The notes below the pieces were generated by a model. That model saw only the letters and a program-made list of their open reading frames with translations. It had not been told where the DNA came from and searched no databases. A stretch of 53,651 bases of DNA from a virus. Taxonomy: Duplodnaviria > Caudoviricetes. A program made the position numbers and the translations under genes. This document shows positions 28,735-38,624 of this stretch, one piece after another. The stretch's first letter is position 1. Every line of letters starts with the position of its first letter. The DNA lies in the IMG/VR virus record IMGVR_UViG_3300046837_000247, positions 1-53,651 of that record; one strand, written 5' to 3'.

Positions 28735-29651
28735 GCTTCCCCGCCCCCTCCGTCCAGCTACCCAACCTCACGCCGTGGCAACTGGCCTACGGCGACTTCT
28801 CCTTCGGCGGCGTCGTGCAGGGCAGCACCTTCCAGCTACAGGAAATCGCGGAAGGCCTCGACCCGCCCGACTACGTGACCGGCGATGTGCAGCGCGCGTT
28901 GGACCAGGGCGAATACCTGGGCCTAGACCTCTCTCCCGGCCGCAACATCGTGGTCAAGCAGGTGATTGCGGCCACCACGGCCAAAGCCCTAGACGTGGCG
29001 CGGCAGGAACTAGGCGCTGTGCTGGGGCCTCGAGGCAACGTAGAGGAACCGCTGTTCCTACAACTGCCCAACGGCCTCTTTGCCAGCATGGCCCGGCCAC
29101 GGAAACACAAGTGCCCGGTGGGCACGGAGACCGTCTTCGGTTACGCCACGATCGCCACTACGGCCTTCCATGCCACGGACCCGCGCTGGTACGCGGTGCC
29201 GGTGAACAGCAGCACGGTGGGCCTGCCGGAAGTGGCCGGCGGCATCAAATTCCCCATCAAATTCCCGATCGTCTTTGCGGCGGCCGGCGGCGGCAACATC
29301 GTGACCGTCGAAAACCTGGGCGGCTTCGAGACGCGCCCGCTGCTCGTGGTGACCGGCCCGTGCACCAACCCGCGCATCACCTGCCGCTCGCAGCCAGGTG
29401 CCCCCGGCATAGGCTTCGAACTGGTGCTCAACGCGAGCGACACGCTGACCATAGACCTCGACTGGCAGAGTGCCGTGCTGCGCACAGCCGGCACCGTGCA
29501 GGGCAGCAGCAGGCGCAGCTCGGAGCAGCCGGGGAATGACTGGTTCAACTGCCCGCCGGGCAACACGGAGCTGGCGTTCACGAGTGAAGACAAAGTCAAA
29601 GAAGCGGGCACCCTAACCGTGCAGTGGGCGTCGGCGTACATGGGCCTATGA
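28731..29651 (+). CDS. Distal tail / minor tail protein
   Basis: Follows the tape measure gene; FHATDPRWY, KFPIKFP, N.G...TRP...GP.TNP. Confidence 0.8.
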   Translation: MSFPAPSVQLPNLTPWQLAYGDFSFGGVVQGSTFQLQEIAEGLDPPDYVTGDVQRALDQGEYLGLDLSPGRNIVVKQVIAATTAKALDVARQELGAVLGPRGNVEEPLFLQLPNGLFASMARPRKHKCPVGTETVFGYATIATTAFHATDPRWYAVPVNSSTVGLPEVAGGIKFPIKFPIVFAAAGGGNIVTVENLGGFETRPLLVVTGPCTNPRITCRSQPGAPGIGFELVLNASDTLTIDLDWQSAVLRTAGTVQGSSRRSSEQPGNDWFNCPPGNTELAFTSEDKVKEAGTLTVQWASAYMGL

Positions 29652-29671
29652 GGCCCCGGAAGGAGTAGGTC

Positions 29672-30142
29672 ATGGCCGCTGGTGGATCAACAGTGTTTGA
29701 GAAGGAAATCGCCGAATACCTGTTCAATGGCAAAGCGATCAAAGCGATCGCGGCGGAAAAACTCTATCTTGGCTTCTGCGAAAAAGAATCCAAGAAAAAC
29801 GCCGACTTTGCCACGATGAAAGAACTGAAGGGTACGACGGGGTACAAAGAACGCATCGAAGTCAAAACAGTTCTGGCTGTTACCGAACAGGAAGGTGTGC
29901 TTGGGGAAGCAGGCAAAGGCGCCCTGTTGCAGAACGCGGCAATCGTCAAAGTCTTCATCGCGGTCCCCGGCGTTGTCACGAACCCGAAAGTGAAATTTGC
30001 GTATATCGCCAGAGCAGCGGCTGCCACGTTTGAAACAGGCGAACTGTTGCAGATGATCCCGGTGGCGCCGGAAGTGACGATCCTCGAAACGACGACGGAA
30101 TTCAGCTTCGCTGCCAAAGAACTCACGTTTGAAGTGCTCTGA
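29672..30142 (+). CDS. Virion structural protein, K/E-rich
   Basis: LYLGF...EL.GT.GY.R; tail region; near-exclusive GAA/AAA usage. Confidence 0.65.
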   Translation: MAAGGSTVFEKEIAEYLFNGKAIKAIAAEKLYLGFCEKESKKNADFATMKELKGTTGYKERIEVKTVLAVTEQEGVLGEAGKGALLQNAAIVKVFIAVPGVVTNPKVKFAYIARAAAATFETGELLQMIPVAPEVTILETTTEFSFAAKELTFEVL

Positions 30143-30357
30143 TGGCTACCCCGATGGCAGAACTCGCTGCGGCCTGCGACGAATTGCAGAACCTACAGCC
30201 GACGAACAACAAGCTGGGGCAGGCTATTCGGTTCATCGAACTCGGGGAGCAGCTCGGCTTGTTCGATGCGGTCACGCATGAAGTGAACCAGCAGGCGACT
30301 GCCAAACTCGCAAAAAGCGTACAGGGGTTGGTAGCTACCCTTACCGCTAACCCGTAA
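30142..30357 (+). CDS. Hypothetical protein
   Basis: TGATG coupling. Confidence 0.6.
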   Translation: MATPMAELAAACDELQNLQPTNNKLGQAIRFIELGEQLGLFDAVTHEVNQQATAKLAKSVQGLVATLTANP

Positions 30358-30363
30358 CCCGTC

Positions 30364-31464
30364 ATGCCGCGCCTCGTCGGCAACGAAACCGCCGAAGCAA
30401 CACTTGTCATAGAGAGTAAAGAACGCCCGTTTGCCTGTAAGTTCAAAGCGGCGGCGACGGGCACAATCGAAGAACTCAAGGTCACCGTCAAATGCGAAAC
30501 GGCGGAAACCGACTGTGACATAGGGATCTACAGCGAAGGGGCCGGTGTCCCCGGGGTCCTGAAAGCCCATAAAAAAACCGGCAAAATCAAAATCGGGGAA
30601 GAACTCACCCTAACGGCCACAGGGTTCTCGGTTGCTGTGACGGCCGGCACGACGTACTGGCTTGCAGTCGTCCCGACGCTCGGGACGTTCAAACTCAAGT
30701 ATAAAAAAGAAGCCGGCAAAGAAGATATCAAGAAAGGCACCACCGGCACGAAAGCCCCCGAACTGGGGGAAGCGACGACATGGGAAGTATTCGCCGAATC
30801 GACGTTGATGACGATTTGGGCGCTCGGCACGGAAACGGGCGGCCAACTCGAAGGCAAAGCCAAAGGGACGATACTCCTTGGCGGGACGTCGAAAGGTGTC
30901 GCCGCCAACGTCGTCAAAGGCATAGCGACTGGGCCGCTGCTGCTGGGGGGCACGGGCAAAGGCGTCGCAGCGAACGTCGTCAAAGGCGTAGGTACTGGTT
31001 CCCTGCTGCTGACGGGCAAAGCGAAAGGCGCGACAGCCGAAGCCCTGAAAGGCAAAGCGGCCGGCGCGATCCTGCTCACGGGCACCGCGAAAGGCACCAT
31101 CTCGGGGGGGGCGCCGGTCGTCGGCAAAGCCACCGGCACTCTGACGCTCACGGGTTCGGCGAAAGGTACTGCGTCCAACCGCGTCGTCGGCAAAGCCACG
31201 GGCGCGCTGACGCTGACAGGCACCGCCAAAGGCACCCTGAGAGCCGTTGTCACAGGCAAAGCCTCGGGCGCCCTGCTGCTCGCCGGCTCGAGCAAAGGCA
31301 TCGCCTCCAACCGCGTCGGCGGCAAAGCCACGGGTGCCCTGCTCCTCGTCGGCCATGCGCGCACACATGAAACCGGCCCGAAGCTGCTGCTGTTCGCCAA
31401 CGGCGCATCGCAGACAGTCACCCCAGCGGGCGGTGGCAGCTCGCTGGCACTCGCCTACCCCTAA
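30364..31464 (+). CDS. Minor tail / fibre protein: beta domain plus about 8 tandem repeats of about 22 aa
   Basis: IGIYSE..G.PG...VTAGTTYWLAV; repeats GKATGALxLTGxAKG. Confidence 0.7.
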   Translation: MPRLVGNETAEATLVIESKERPFACKFKAAATGTIEELKVTVKCETAETDCDIGIYSEGAGVPGVLKAHKKTGKIKIGEELTLTATGFSVAVTAGTTYWLAVVPTLGTFKLKYKKEAGKEDIKKGTTGTKAPELGEATTWEVFAESTLMTIWALGTETGGQLEGKAKGTILLGGTSKGVAANVVKGIATGPLLLGGTGKGVAANVVKGVGTGSLLLTGKAKGATAEALKGKAAGAILLTGTAKGTISGGAPVVGKATGTLTLTGSAKGTASNRVVGKATGALTLTGTAKGTLRAVVTGKASGALLLAGSSKGIASNRVGGKATGALLLVGHARTHETGPKLLLFANGASQTVTPAGGGSSLALAYP

Positions 31465-31484
31465 GTGATTGGAGAACAAACGCC

Positions 31485-31886
31485 ATGGCCGACTACAAAG
31501 TGCTGAACGATGGGCTGGACTGGCTGCTGACAAACTCGCTCGCCGGCACGCCCGTGAAATACGCGCTGTCGACGTTCACGGCAGACGAAATCGTCGCGAC
31601 CGACAAACTCATCGCAGCCAAAATGCCGGGCGAGATCACAGGCACCCTCTACGAACAGCAGGCTGAAGCGGAAGCAAACGAGCCGGTGGCCACGCAGATC
31701 GTCTCCGACCAGCACGAATGGAAAACGGGGGCTGCGGTGAACTGGCCAGCAGCCGTGAAGTCGTGTGGCCTGATTGCAGGCGGCGTGCTGATCGCGGTGC
31801 GCAACCTGCAGACGAACGGTGTGGCGCGGGACATGTCGGGCGCCAACACGACCGAGAAGTTCACGTTCACGTTGGACCTGAGCTGA
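31485..31886 (+). CDS. Virion structural protein
   Basis: GEITGTLY.QQ...WKTGAAVNW, similar to the N-terminus of the next gene. Confidence 0.6.
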   Translation: MADYKVLNDGLDWLLTNSLAGTPVKYALSTFTADEIVATDKLIAAKMPGEITGTLYEQQAEAEANEPVATQIVSDQHEWKTGAAVNWPAAVKSCGLIAGGVLIAVRNLQTNGVARDMSGANTTEKFTFTLDLS

Positions 31887-31889
31887 CCG

Positions 31890-33116
31890 ATGGAGGCTCT
31901 CCTTTTCGACGGGGGTGCGCGCTTGCTGCTCAAGGGTGGCCTGGTCGGCGGCGTTGAATTCGCGCTGTCGTTGAAGCCCGTAGAGGGAGAAGGGGCTCAC
32001 GAACGGGCCGATACCATCGCGGACATTGCCGAGGTATCCGGCACTGGCTACACGCGCCAGGCCTCGGAAGCCCCCCTGTCGTTCGGTGACGTATTCACAT
32101 TTCCCCAGGTTGAATGGAATACCGGCAGCGCGACAAACTGGGAAGACGCTGGGTCTGTGGTGCTGGTCAAGGGAATCACGGCGATCGCCGCGTTCGGGAT
32201 CAAGCGCGGCTCGGAATACCCTGAACGGCACCTGCCGGCGCACTCGGTGTATCGCTACACGGCGCGGCTACGGCTGGGGCCGGAAGTGCCGCCGCCCGAA
32301 GAAGGCAAAGAAGGGGAACCACAGCTGACATGGATTCCCTACGGGCCTGGCGCGGACAACTCGGAAGACGAAGTGGTAACGGTAGTCTACCCGGCATCGA
32401 AACCGGGGCGTCCGGTGGTAGTGATGGTGCATGGTGGGAGCTGGTCGTCGGGCAATGCGAAACCGGGCGAAGCGCCGGCCAACGATTCGGCCAACAAAAT
32501 GCTCCAGAGCACCTACAACTTCTGCGTCATCGACATCAACTACCCGCTCATCAAAGGGCCGACGGGCACGAATCCGGGGGCGCCGAAGCAAACCGCCGCG
32601 TTGCCGCGTGCGTTTCAGTGGGTCGTCGATCATTGCGCGGACTACAACGGCGACCCGGCGAAGGTCTGCGCGGTCGGCACGTCGGCGGGTGGCCACGTTG
32701 CGATGTGGGGTGCGATCACCGCGAACAAAGCGCATTCCGGACGAGTGAAGGGTGTGGGCACGCTGAGCGGGCCGGTGGCGCTCGTGACGCTTGAACAGAT
32801 CGTGCTCGGCGAACTACCGGGCGGGCCATCGTTGTCGGCGGCGGGCGAGGTTGGGCACGCCTACCCGGCGCGGACTTTCAGCGAAGCCTACGACCCGGCG
32901 TCGCACGTCGAGTCCACGTGCCCGAACATGCTCTGCTTTCACTCGCACGAGAAACTGGTGCCCTTCGCCTTGGCTGAAACGCTGCGGGCGGCGATGGTCG
33001 CAGCGGGGTATGGGTCGCGTATAACCATCGTGCAGAAGGAAGGGACTGGGCACGGCGCGGCGCTAATGGGCGCCTGCAAGGTCGAACTCGCGGCGTTTGT
33101 CGAAGCGGTGACGTGA
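31890..33116 (+). CDS. Structural domain fused to an alpha/beta hydrolase (HSL-like esterase)
   Basis: VHGGSW, INY, GTSAGGH nucleophile elbow, EKLVP, GHG. Confidence 0.85.
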   Translation: MEALLFDGGARLLLKGGLVGGVEFALSLKPVEGEGAHERADTIADIAEVSGTGYTRQASEAPLSFGDVFTFPQVEWNTGSATNWEDAGSVVLVKGITAIAAFGIKRGSEYPERHLPAHSVYRYTARLRLGPEVPPPEEGKEGEPQLTWIPYGPGADNSEDEVVTVVYPASKPGRPVVVMVHGGSWSSGNAKPGEAPANDSANKMLQSTYNFCVIDINYPLIKGPTGTNPGAPKQTAALPRAFQWVVDHCADYNGDPAKVCAVGTSAGGHVAMWGAITANKAHSGRVKGVGTLSGPVALVTLEQIVLGELPGGPSLSAAGEVGHAYPARTFSEAYDPASHVESTCPNMLCFHSHEKLVPFALAETLRAAMVAAGYGSRITIVQKEGTGHGAALMGACKVELAAFVEAVT

Positions 33117-33919
33117 TGGACCTGCTCGCGGGCAATGCCACTCCGAAAACGAAAGCACAGTCGATCAGCTCGACGAAACTACAGGTGTTCCAGTTCACCG
33201 CGCTTGAATCGGGCACGATCGAAGAAATACAGATCAGATCATCGGCTGCGTCTGGCTCGTCTACGAGTCAATGGGTCGCGGTCTACGCCGACACGGGCGC
33301 TAACGCTCCGGTCACGGGTGCCGCGCCGCTGGGCAAGGGCAAACACGATACCAAACCCGGCAACAGCGAATGGTGGAAAGTGACGGGCCTGTCCATAGCG
33401 GTCCTCACTGGGACGAAGTATTGGGTCGCGGTGAATCCGCAGGTTGCCGCCACGAGCGTCACGATACGCGAGGAAGCCGGCCTCACTTTCCAGAATAAAA
33501 AACCGGCGACGTTCGCCGAACCGGGCGCGGTCGAAGAATGGGGAACGGTAGCCGTCTCGGGGCCGGTGGACTTTCAGGCGCTCGGCACGAAAGCCGCCAT
33601 CGTCGCGGTGTCGTGCCTGGGCAATGAGGAAGAGCAGGTGGAGGACACCGCTACCCTTGTCATCCTGCCGGAAGCGCTCGGCCTAGACGAATACCAGCAC
33701 GAGGACGCGGGCACGGCCGTCATCGCCACCACCGCGGACGGCTCTGATACCTACGTCGTGGCTGGCGTTATCGAATACGGCGACGATGGGGTTGTTGTGA
33801 TCTACGCGGCAGCTCTGGGAACCGACGTGCACCATGTGGGCGAAGCTGGCCCGCTACTGCCGCTGTTCGTCGGCGGCGGTAGCTCTGTTGTCACTCTATC
33901 TGGAGGCGCCGTGCAATGA
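33113..33919 (+). CDS. Minor tail protein, paralog of the 30364 N-domain
   Basis: FQFTA..SGTIEEI...AVYAD...GTKYWVAV. Confidence 0.65.
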   Translation: MMDLLAGNATPKTKAQSISSTKLQVFQFTALESGTIEEIQIRSSAASGSSTSQWVAVYADTGANAPVTGAAPLGKGKHDTKPGNSEWWKVTGLSIAVLTGTKYWVAVNPQVAATSVTIREEAGLTFQNKKPATFAEPGAVEEWGTVAVSGPVDFQALGTKAAIVAVSCLGNEEEQVEDTATLVILPEALGLDEYQHEDAGTAVIATTADGSDTYVVAGVIEYGDDGVVVIYAAALGTDVHHVGEAGPLLPLFVGGGSSVVTLSGGAVQ

Positions 33920-34260
33920 TTTCATCATGGCCAGTTGAAAACGAAACACGGCTGCGGTTCTTCTTCGCCGTCCGCGAGCTAACCGACGATGAGTTCGAGC
34001 GCTTCATGGAGGGCAACGGGCTTCCCAGCGGCGTGGGCCGCGACCCAGGCGGCACAGTCAACTGCGTGTACCAGCCGCCGCGCGGCCAAGAGCACACGGT
34101 CGTGGCGGTCAGGGATGGCGTGGGCGAATACCACCTCGTCGTGGTGCCCACGGCCTCGCAGGCCGGTATGTGGCGGTGGCGCGGGCAGGGCCTAAACGCC
34201 GAAGGAGAACCCCAGGTCTCGACACAAGACTTCCTCTTCAACGCTACGAGGTCCTTCTGA
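33916..34260 (+). CDS. BppU-like baseplate/minor tail protein
   Basis: DP..V......P...RDGVGEYH......AGMWRWR..G. Confidence 0.6.
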   Translation: MISSWPVENETRLRFFFAVRELTDDEFERFMEGNGLPSGVGRDPGGTVNCVYQPPRGQEHTVVAVRDGVGEYHLVVVPTASQAGMWRWRGQGLNAEGEPQVSTQDFLFNATRSF

Positions 34261-36608
34261 TGGCCACCTACGCCGTACAAACCTGGACGGACGAAGTGAC
34301 GTGGGCCAACGCGGCCGACATGCAGCACATGGAGGCCGGCATAGCCCTGATCAACACGCAGGGCCTCCCGGCCGGCGGCACGGCGGGCCAGGTGCTGGCC
34401 AAGTCCAGCGGCACCGACTACGCCGTCGCGTGGAAAGCGGTACTCGGCTCCGAAGTGGTCGAAACGGCCAACATCAAGAACCTGAACGTGACCACCGGCA
34501 AGATCGCCGTGGGTGCCGTGACCGAAGAAAAGCTCACCATCGGCGCCGAAGGCAAGCTGATCCCCACCGCTGGCTTCAAAACCGGCTACATCCTGACGGC
34601 CGGGGCGACCGCGGCCGAATGGAAAGCCAACACGGGCGGCACGGGCATCACCGCAGCCGAAGCCGAAGTCATCGCCTCCAACATAGCTCAGCGCGAAAAC
34701 GTGAGCGCTCGAGTGGTGCTAACGGCCAAAGTGACGCTGAAAGGCATCCCGGCCAGCGCCGAAACAGACGGGGTGACGCTCCTCGAAGGCGACATCGTCC
34801 TGGCCTCCAAACAGACCGGCACCGAAGCGGAAAACGGCCTATGGGAAGTCAAGAAAGGGACCACGGCCTGGGCACGTCCGGCCTCCTACGCCACGGGCGC
34901 TCTGAAGCACGGCATCTTCGTCCCGATCCTCCAGGGCACGACGCACGGTGGCTCGACGTGGGTGCAGACGAATACGACGTTCATCAAAGTGGACACCGAA
35001 GCGTCGTCGTGGGCGGAAAACAGCGCCGGCACAGGCGTGATCGGCAACCCCCAGGAATTCAACAAAGAAGAAGCGAAAACGGGCGTGTCGGGCGCCACCA
35101 ATCTCGACCTCAGTAAAGCCAGCGTGTTCCGCATCGAACTGACCGGCGCCGCCGTGTTCACGCTGACCAACCTGCCCACCACCTACCCGATGGAAATCAC
35201 CCTGCTGATCAAGCAGGACGCCACGGGCGGGCGCACGTGGAGCTTCGCCAACGCTGCCCCGGCGCTGGAATGGATCGGCCCCGAACCAACGTTCGAAACG
35301 GCAGCCGGGTCACGTGCGGTGATGCAGCTGGCGGTGCTCAGCAAAGGCACGGAAATACTCGGCTGGGCCAAGGCTGGCGGCAGCGTGCCGGCCATCAAAG
35401 CACCGCCGCCGACGGGGATGATCGTGGGCGTCAACTGGATGCAGGACGAATCGGAATCCACGATGATCGGCACGCAGGCTACGTGCTACACCGCTGGTGT
35501 CCGCTCCGAACGCATCAACCTGCGCCGCGACAGCCTCAGCAAAGCTCAGGCGGCGGGCTTCACCAACAACTGTTGCACCATCGGCGACTGGACAAGCGCG
35601 GAATCAAACCTGAGCCCCGCGCAGATGTTGGAAGCCCCGAACAAAGCGGCGTGGCTCACCAAAGCCGCGGCTGAATTCCTGGAAGGTGCCGAAAAAGGCG
35701 AACTGATCTTCGAGGTTATCAACGAGACCTACGAAAAGAAAGGCTACGGCACGGGCGAAGGGGCTGGGACCGAAGCAGAAAAATACGAAAAATGCGCCAA
35801 AAACAACGCCAAACTGTTCATCGCCCTGGTCGAAGAACTGAAGGCCAAATACAGCGGGAAAGGCTGGTGGCCTAACGTCAAATTCCTGATCACCACGTCG
35901 GGCAGGACGATCGCCGAATGGCTGACGCCCACACTCGCCGAACTAAACACGGCGGAAAAGAAAGCGTTCGTCAGCGGGTGGGCCTGCCACCCCTACGGTG
36001 GCAGCAACACGACCGGCAAACTTGAAGGCGAAGGCGGGAGCTGCAAGTGGAGCCGGATGGAACAGTACCGTACCGAACTCGTGGCGGTGGGCTTCCCCAA
36101 CACCGACATCTGGGCGACGGAGTGGGGCATCGAATGCAACGGGCCGTGGCTCACGCTGGACAAAGAAAAAGCCGGGGCGACGGCGCTACGGAAAGTCGGC
36201 GAAGAAGGGACGTGCGAAACCGAATTCGCGGCGCTCATCCTGGAACGCCTGGAACGCCTGAAGGTGCTGACAGCCAAGGGCTCGTGGTACTACAGCGCCC
36301 ACGACAACACTGGCAAAGCTGCTGCGATCACGGCCGTCAAAGTGAACAAGGGCGCCTGGAAATCCGAAACGTTCGCGATCGGCGACGCGGTCCAGTCGGT
36401 CAAAATCAATGACGCGGAATGGTATGTGTGCATCAAAGCGGGCTCGGCTGTTGAACCCAGCAAAACCGGGTGGGAAACGTGGTGGGAACCCATCACCCAG
36501 GATCGCTGGGGCCTGCTGAAGCCCGAAGCGACCGCGACCGCGTACATAGGGAAACGCTCGCACGACAAAGCACGCACGGCGCTGGCGACCGTGGCGACGT
36601 TCAAATAA
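34260..36608 (+). CDS. Tail fibre/spike with clan GH-A-like glycoside hydrolase domain
   Basis: Fibre motifs GGTAGQVLAK..TDY, DGVTL.EGD.VL...Q...ENGLW, QDATGGRT; GH motifs FEVINE, HPY, IWATEWG, WGLL. Confidence 0.8.
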   Translation: MATYAVQTWTDEVTWANAADMQHMEAGIALINTQGLPAGGTAGQVLAKSSGTDYAVAWKAVLGSEVVETANIKNLNVTTGKIAVGAVTEEKLTIGAEGKLIPTAGFKTGYILTAGATAAEWKANTGGTGITAAEAEVIASNIAQRENVSARVVLTAKVTLKGIPASAETDGVTLLEGDIVLASKQTGTEAENGLWEVKKGTTAWARPASYATGALKHGIFVPILQGTTHGGSTWVQTNTTFIKVDTEASSWAENSAGTGVIGNPQEFNKEEAKTGVSGATNLDLSKASVFRIELTGAAVFTLTNLPTTYPMEITLLIKQDATGGRTWSFANAAPALEWIGPEPTFETAAGSRAVMQLAVLSKGTEILGWAKAGGSVPAIKAPPPTGMIVGVNWMQDESESTMIGTQATCYTAGVRSERINLRRDSLSKAQAAGFTNNCCTIGDWTSAESNLSPAQMLEAPNKAAWLTKAAAEFLEGAEKGELIFEVINETYEKKGYGTGEGAGTEAEKYEKCAKNNAKLFIALVEELKAKYSGKGWWPNVKFLITTSGRTIAEWLTPTLAELNTAEKKAFVSGWACHPYGGSNTTGKLEGEGGSCKWSRMEQYRTELVAVGFPNTDIWATEWGIECNGPWLTLDKEKAGATALRKVGEEGTCETEFAALILERLERLKVLTAKGSWYYSAHDNTGKAAAITAVKVNKGAWKSETFAIGDAVQSVKINDAEWYVCIKAGSAVEPSKTGWETWWEPITQDRWGLLKPEATATAYIGKRSHDKARTALATVATFK

Positions 36609-36618
36609 GGGAGGCAGC

Positions 36619-36810
36619 ATGGAGAGAGAGTTCAAGCTCGTGAAGGTGCAGCTACAGATACACGGCACGCGGGAGGAGGACGGTGCCACGGTGGCCGAGC
36701 TGGTTTCCCACCCGATCGCCGTCTACGCCGCGCAGTGGCCCACCTACGCGCGGGATGGGTTCCCCAAACACCTGGCCGAACTAGAAGAGCAGCTGGCCGC
36801 AGAGGGCTAG
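36619..36810 (+). CDS. Hypothetical protein
   Basis: GGGAGG SD. Confidence 0.6.
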   Translation: MEREFKLVKVQLQIHGTREEDGATVAELVSHPIAVYAAQWPTYARDGFPKHLAELEEQLAAEG

Positions 36811-38193
36811 ATGCCGCGCATACCCGCCCGCATCCCGTTTCTCGTAGGTGGCGAACCCGCCATCCCCGGCGGCGAAGAAGAAGTCGCGGGCGGCGGGTCG
36901 GCAGCCGAAGTGGCGGCGGGCCTTCCACCCCAGCCGCCCGGCGGTAACCCGTTCACCTACCTGGCCAGAGACCTGCTCACCTGGGAGCCCTTGGACTCGC
37001 TGCCCTACCAGGGCGTCTCCTTCGGCCGGGTGCTGGACACGCCCGGCTCGTGGCAGGGCAGCCTGCCGCTATCGGGCATGTACGACGCGCCCAGCCAGAC
37101 CTACCTGTTCGACTGGAAAGACGCCACGCGGCCCTCGCGCACGGCGCTGTTCGTGGACATGAACGGCACGCTGGTGTGGGGCGGGATCATCTGGAACGCC
37201 GACTACGAATCCGACGACGCCACGCACAGCCTGAAGGTCAAGGCTGCGGAGTTCGGCAGCTACTTCCAGCGCCGGCTGCAGGCCGAGGACTACGGCACGA
37301 TCTGGGCGGCCGGTGAAGACCCCATGAAAGTCGCCAAGCGGGTCACAGAAGATGCCATCGGTCGCGAACGGTGGGAAGACTGGCCGGCGGAAACGGTGCC
37401 TGGGCCGGGCTACCTGACGGGCGCGAAAATCCCGCTGGTGCTGAACCCCGTGGGCGGCTCGGGCGCCAAAGTGGAAGCAAGCTACAGCGGCACCAGCCTG
37501 CAGACCATAGACAGCATCGTGAGCACGCTGGCGCAGATGGGCTACGGCACGGGCTTCGACGTCAGTTACGACGTGGCCTACCTGCCGGGCACCAAGACGC
37601 CCGCCGTGACGATCAACCTGTGGTGGCCGCTCAAGGGCCGCAACGCCGCGGAAACGAGCATCGTGATTCTGGGCCGAGACACGGCCAAGTGGGGCTACCC
37701 GGAGGATGGCACGCAGCAGGGCACCGAAGTGGTTGAGACGGGCGGGACGGGCACCACACCGGCCTTTGGGCAGGCCCAGCCCACCGGCTACCCGCTGCTG
37801 CAGCGCGTGCAGGCCCGTAGCCAGGTGACCTCGGAGGAACTGCTCGAGGAGGTGGCCATAGGAGACCTGGCGCTCTACCAGTACCCCTCGGTGACGCCCA
37901 GCATCGTCTTGCCCGTGCCGCTGCCGGGCACGCCGGCCGCCGAACGCAGCACCCTGGCGCTGGGCGAATTCGACGTGGGCGATCGCCTGCTGTTCAGGAT
38001 CGACCCTGTGACGGCCAACGGGTTCGGCGTGTCCGGCGAGAACACCGACCCGCGGTTCCCCGAGGGCATGGAGCACGAATGGCGTCTCAACCAGTGGACG
38101 TGCACACCTAAAGATCACGGCCTCAGCACCGTGCAACTCGACCTCGGCGTGGCGCCGCTGCTCAGCACAGCGCCACCAGCGCCCCCCCACTGA
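36811..38193 (+). CDS. Minor tail (hub) protein
   Basis: DLLT....LP...VSF...L..PG; LVWGGIIW; YPED; GYPLL. Confidence 0.8.
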   Translation: MPRIPARIPFLVGGEPAIPGGEEEVAGGGSAAEVAAGLPPQPPGGNPFTYLARDLLTWEPLDSLPYQGVSFGRVLDTPGSWQGSLPLSGMYDAPSQTYLFDWKDATRPSRTALFVDMNGTLVWGGIIWNADYESDDATHSLKVKAAEFGSYFQRRLQAEDYGTIWAAGEDPMKVAKRVTEDAIGRERWEDWPAETVPGPGYLTGAKIPLVLNPVGGSGAKVEASYSGTSLQTIDSIVSTLAQMGYGTGFDVSYDVAYLPGTKTPAVTINLWWPLKGRNAAETSIVILGRDTAKWGYPEDGTQQGTEVVETGGTGTTPAFGQAQPTGYPLLQRVQARSQVTSEELLEEVAIGDLALYQYPSVTPSIVLPVPLPGTPAAERSTLALGEFDVGDRLLFRIDPVTANGFGVSGENTDPRFPEGMEHEWRLNQWTCTPKDHGLSTVQLDLGVAPLLSTAPPAPPH

Positions 38194-38612
38194 TGCCCGC
38201 CCCAGCTCCCAGCGCACGCGACGCCGGCCTAGCGGGTCTCATCGAACTACAGAGCCGCGTCGCGGCCATCGAGACGTTGCTTCGCGGGCGCCCGCCGTGG
38301 GTGGAACCGGCGTTGCTCAATGCTTGGAAAAACGCGGCAGGCAGCGAGCCGGCCGCATACACCAAGGACCTGCTGGGGTTCGTCCACCTGCGCGGCAGGG
38401 TGCAGTCTGGGGCATCGGGGAAAACGATCTTCGAACTCCCCGAAGGCTTCCGGCCGGGCAAGCTGAGCGACTACCCTGCCGGCGCCCTGAACGGCGAAAC
38501 AGCCCTGGCCGCCACGATCATCGTAAGCGAAGCAGGGATCGTCAACGGCTACTACGCAGCGGGGATGACGGACTTCGGCCTGGGCGGCGTTAGCTTCTTT
38601 GCGGAAAACTAG
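38193..38612 (+). CDS. Minor tail protein with receptor-binding-tip-like domain
   Basis: LLNAW.N...G.VHLRG...IFELPEGFRP. Confidence 0.7.
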   Translation: MPAPAPSARDAGLAGLIELQSRVAAIETLLRGRPPWVEPALLNAWKNAAGSEPAAYTKDLLGFVHLRGRVQSGASGKTIFELPEGFRPGKLSDYPAGALNGETALAATIIVSEAGIVNGYYAAGMTDFGLGGVSFFAEN

Positions 38613-38624
38613 AATGGAGACACC

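Noticed and set aside
29672-36608. Diversity-generating retroelement as the cause of the A-rich codons
   Set aside because: No reverse transcriptase or TR/VR pair seen, and DGRs mutate away from A
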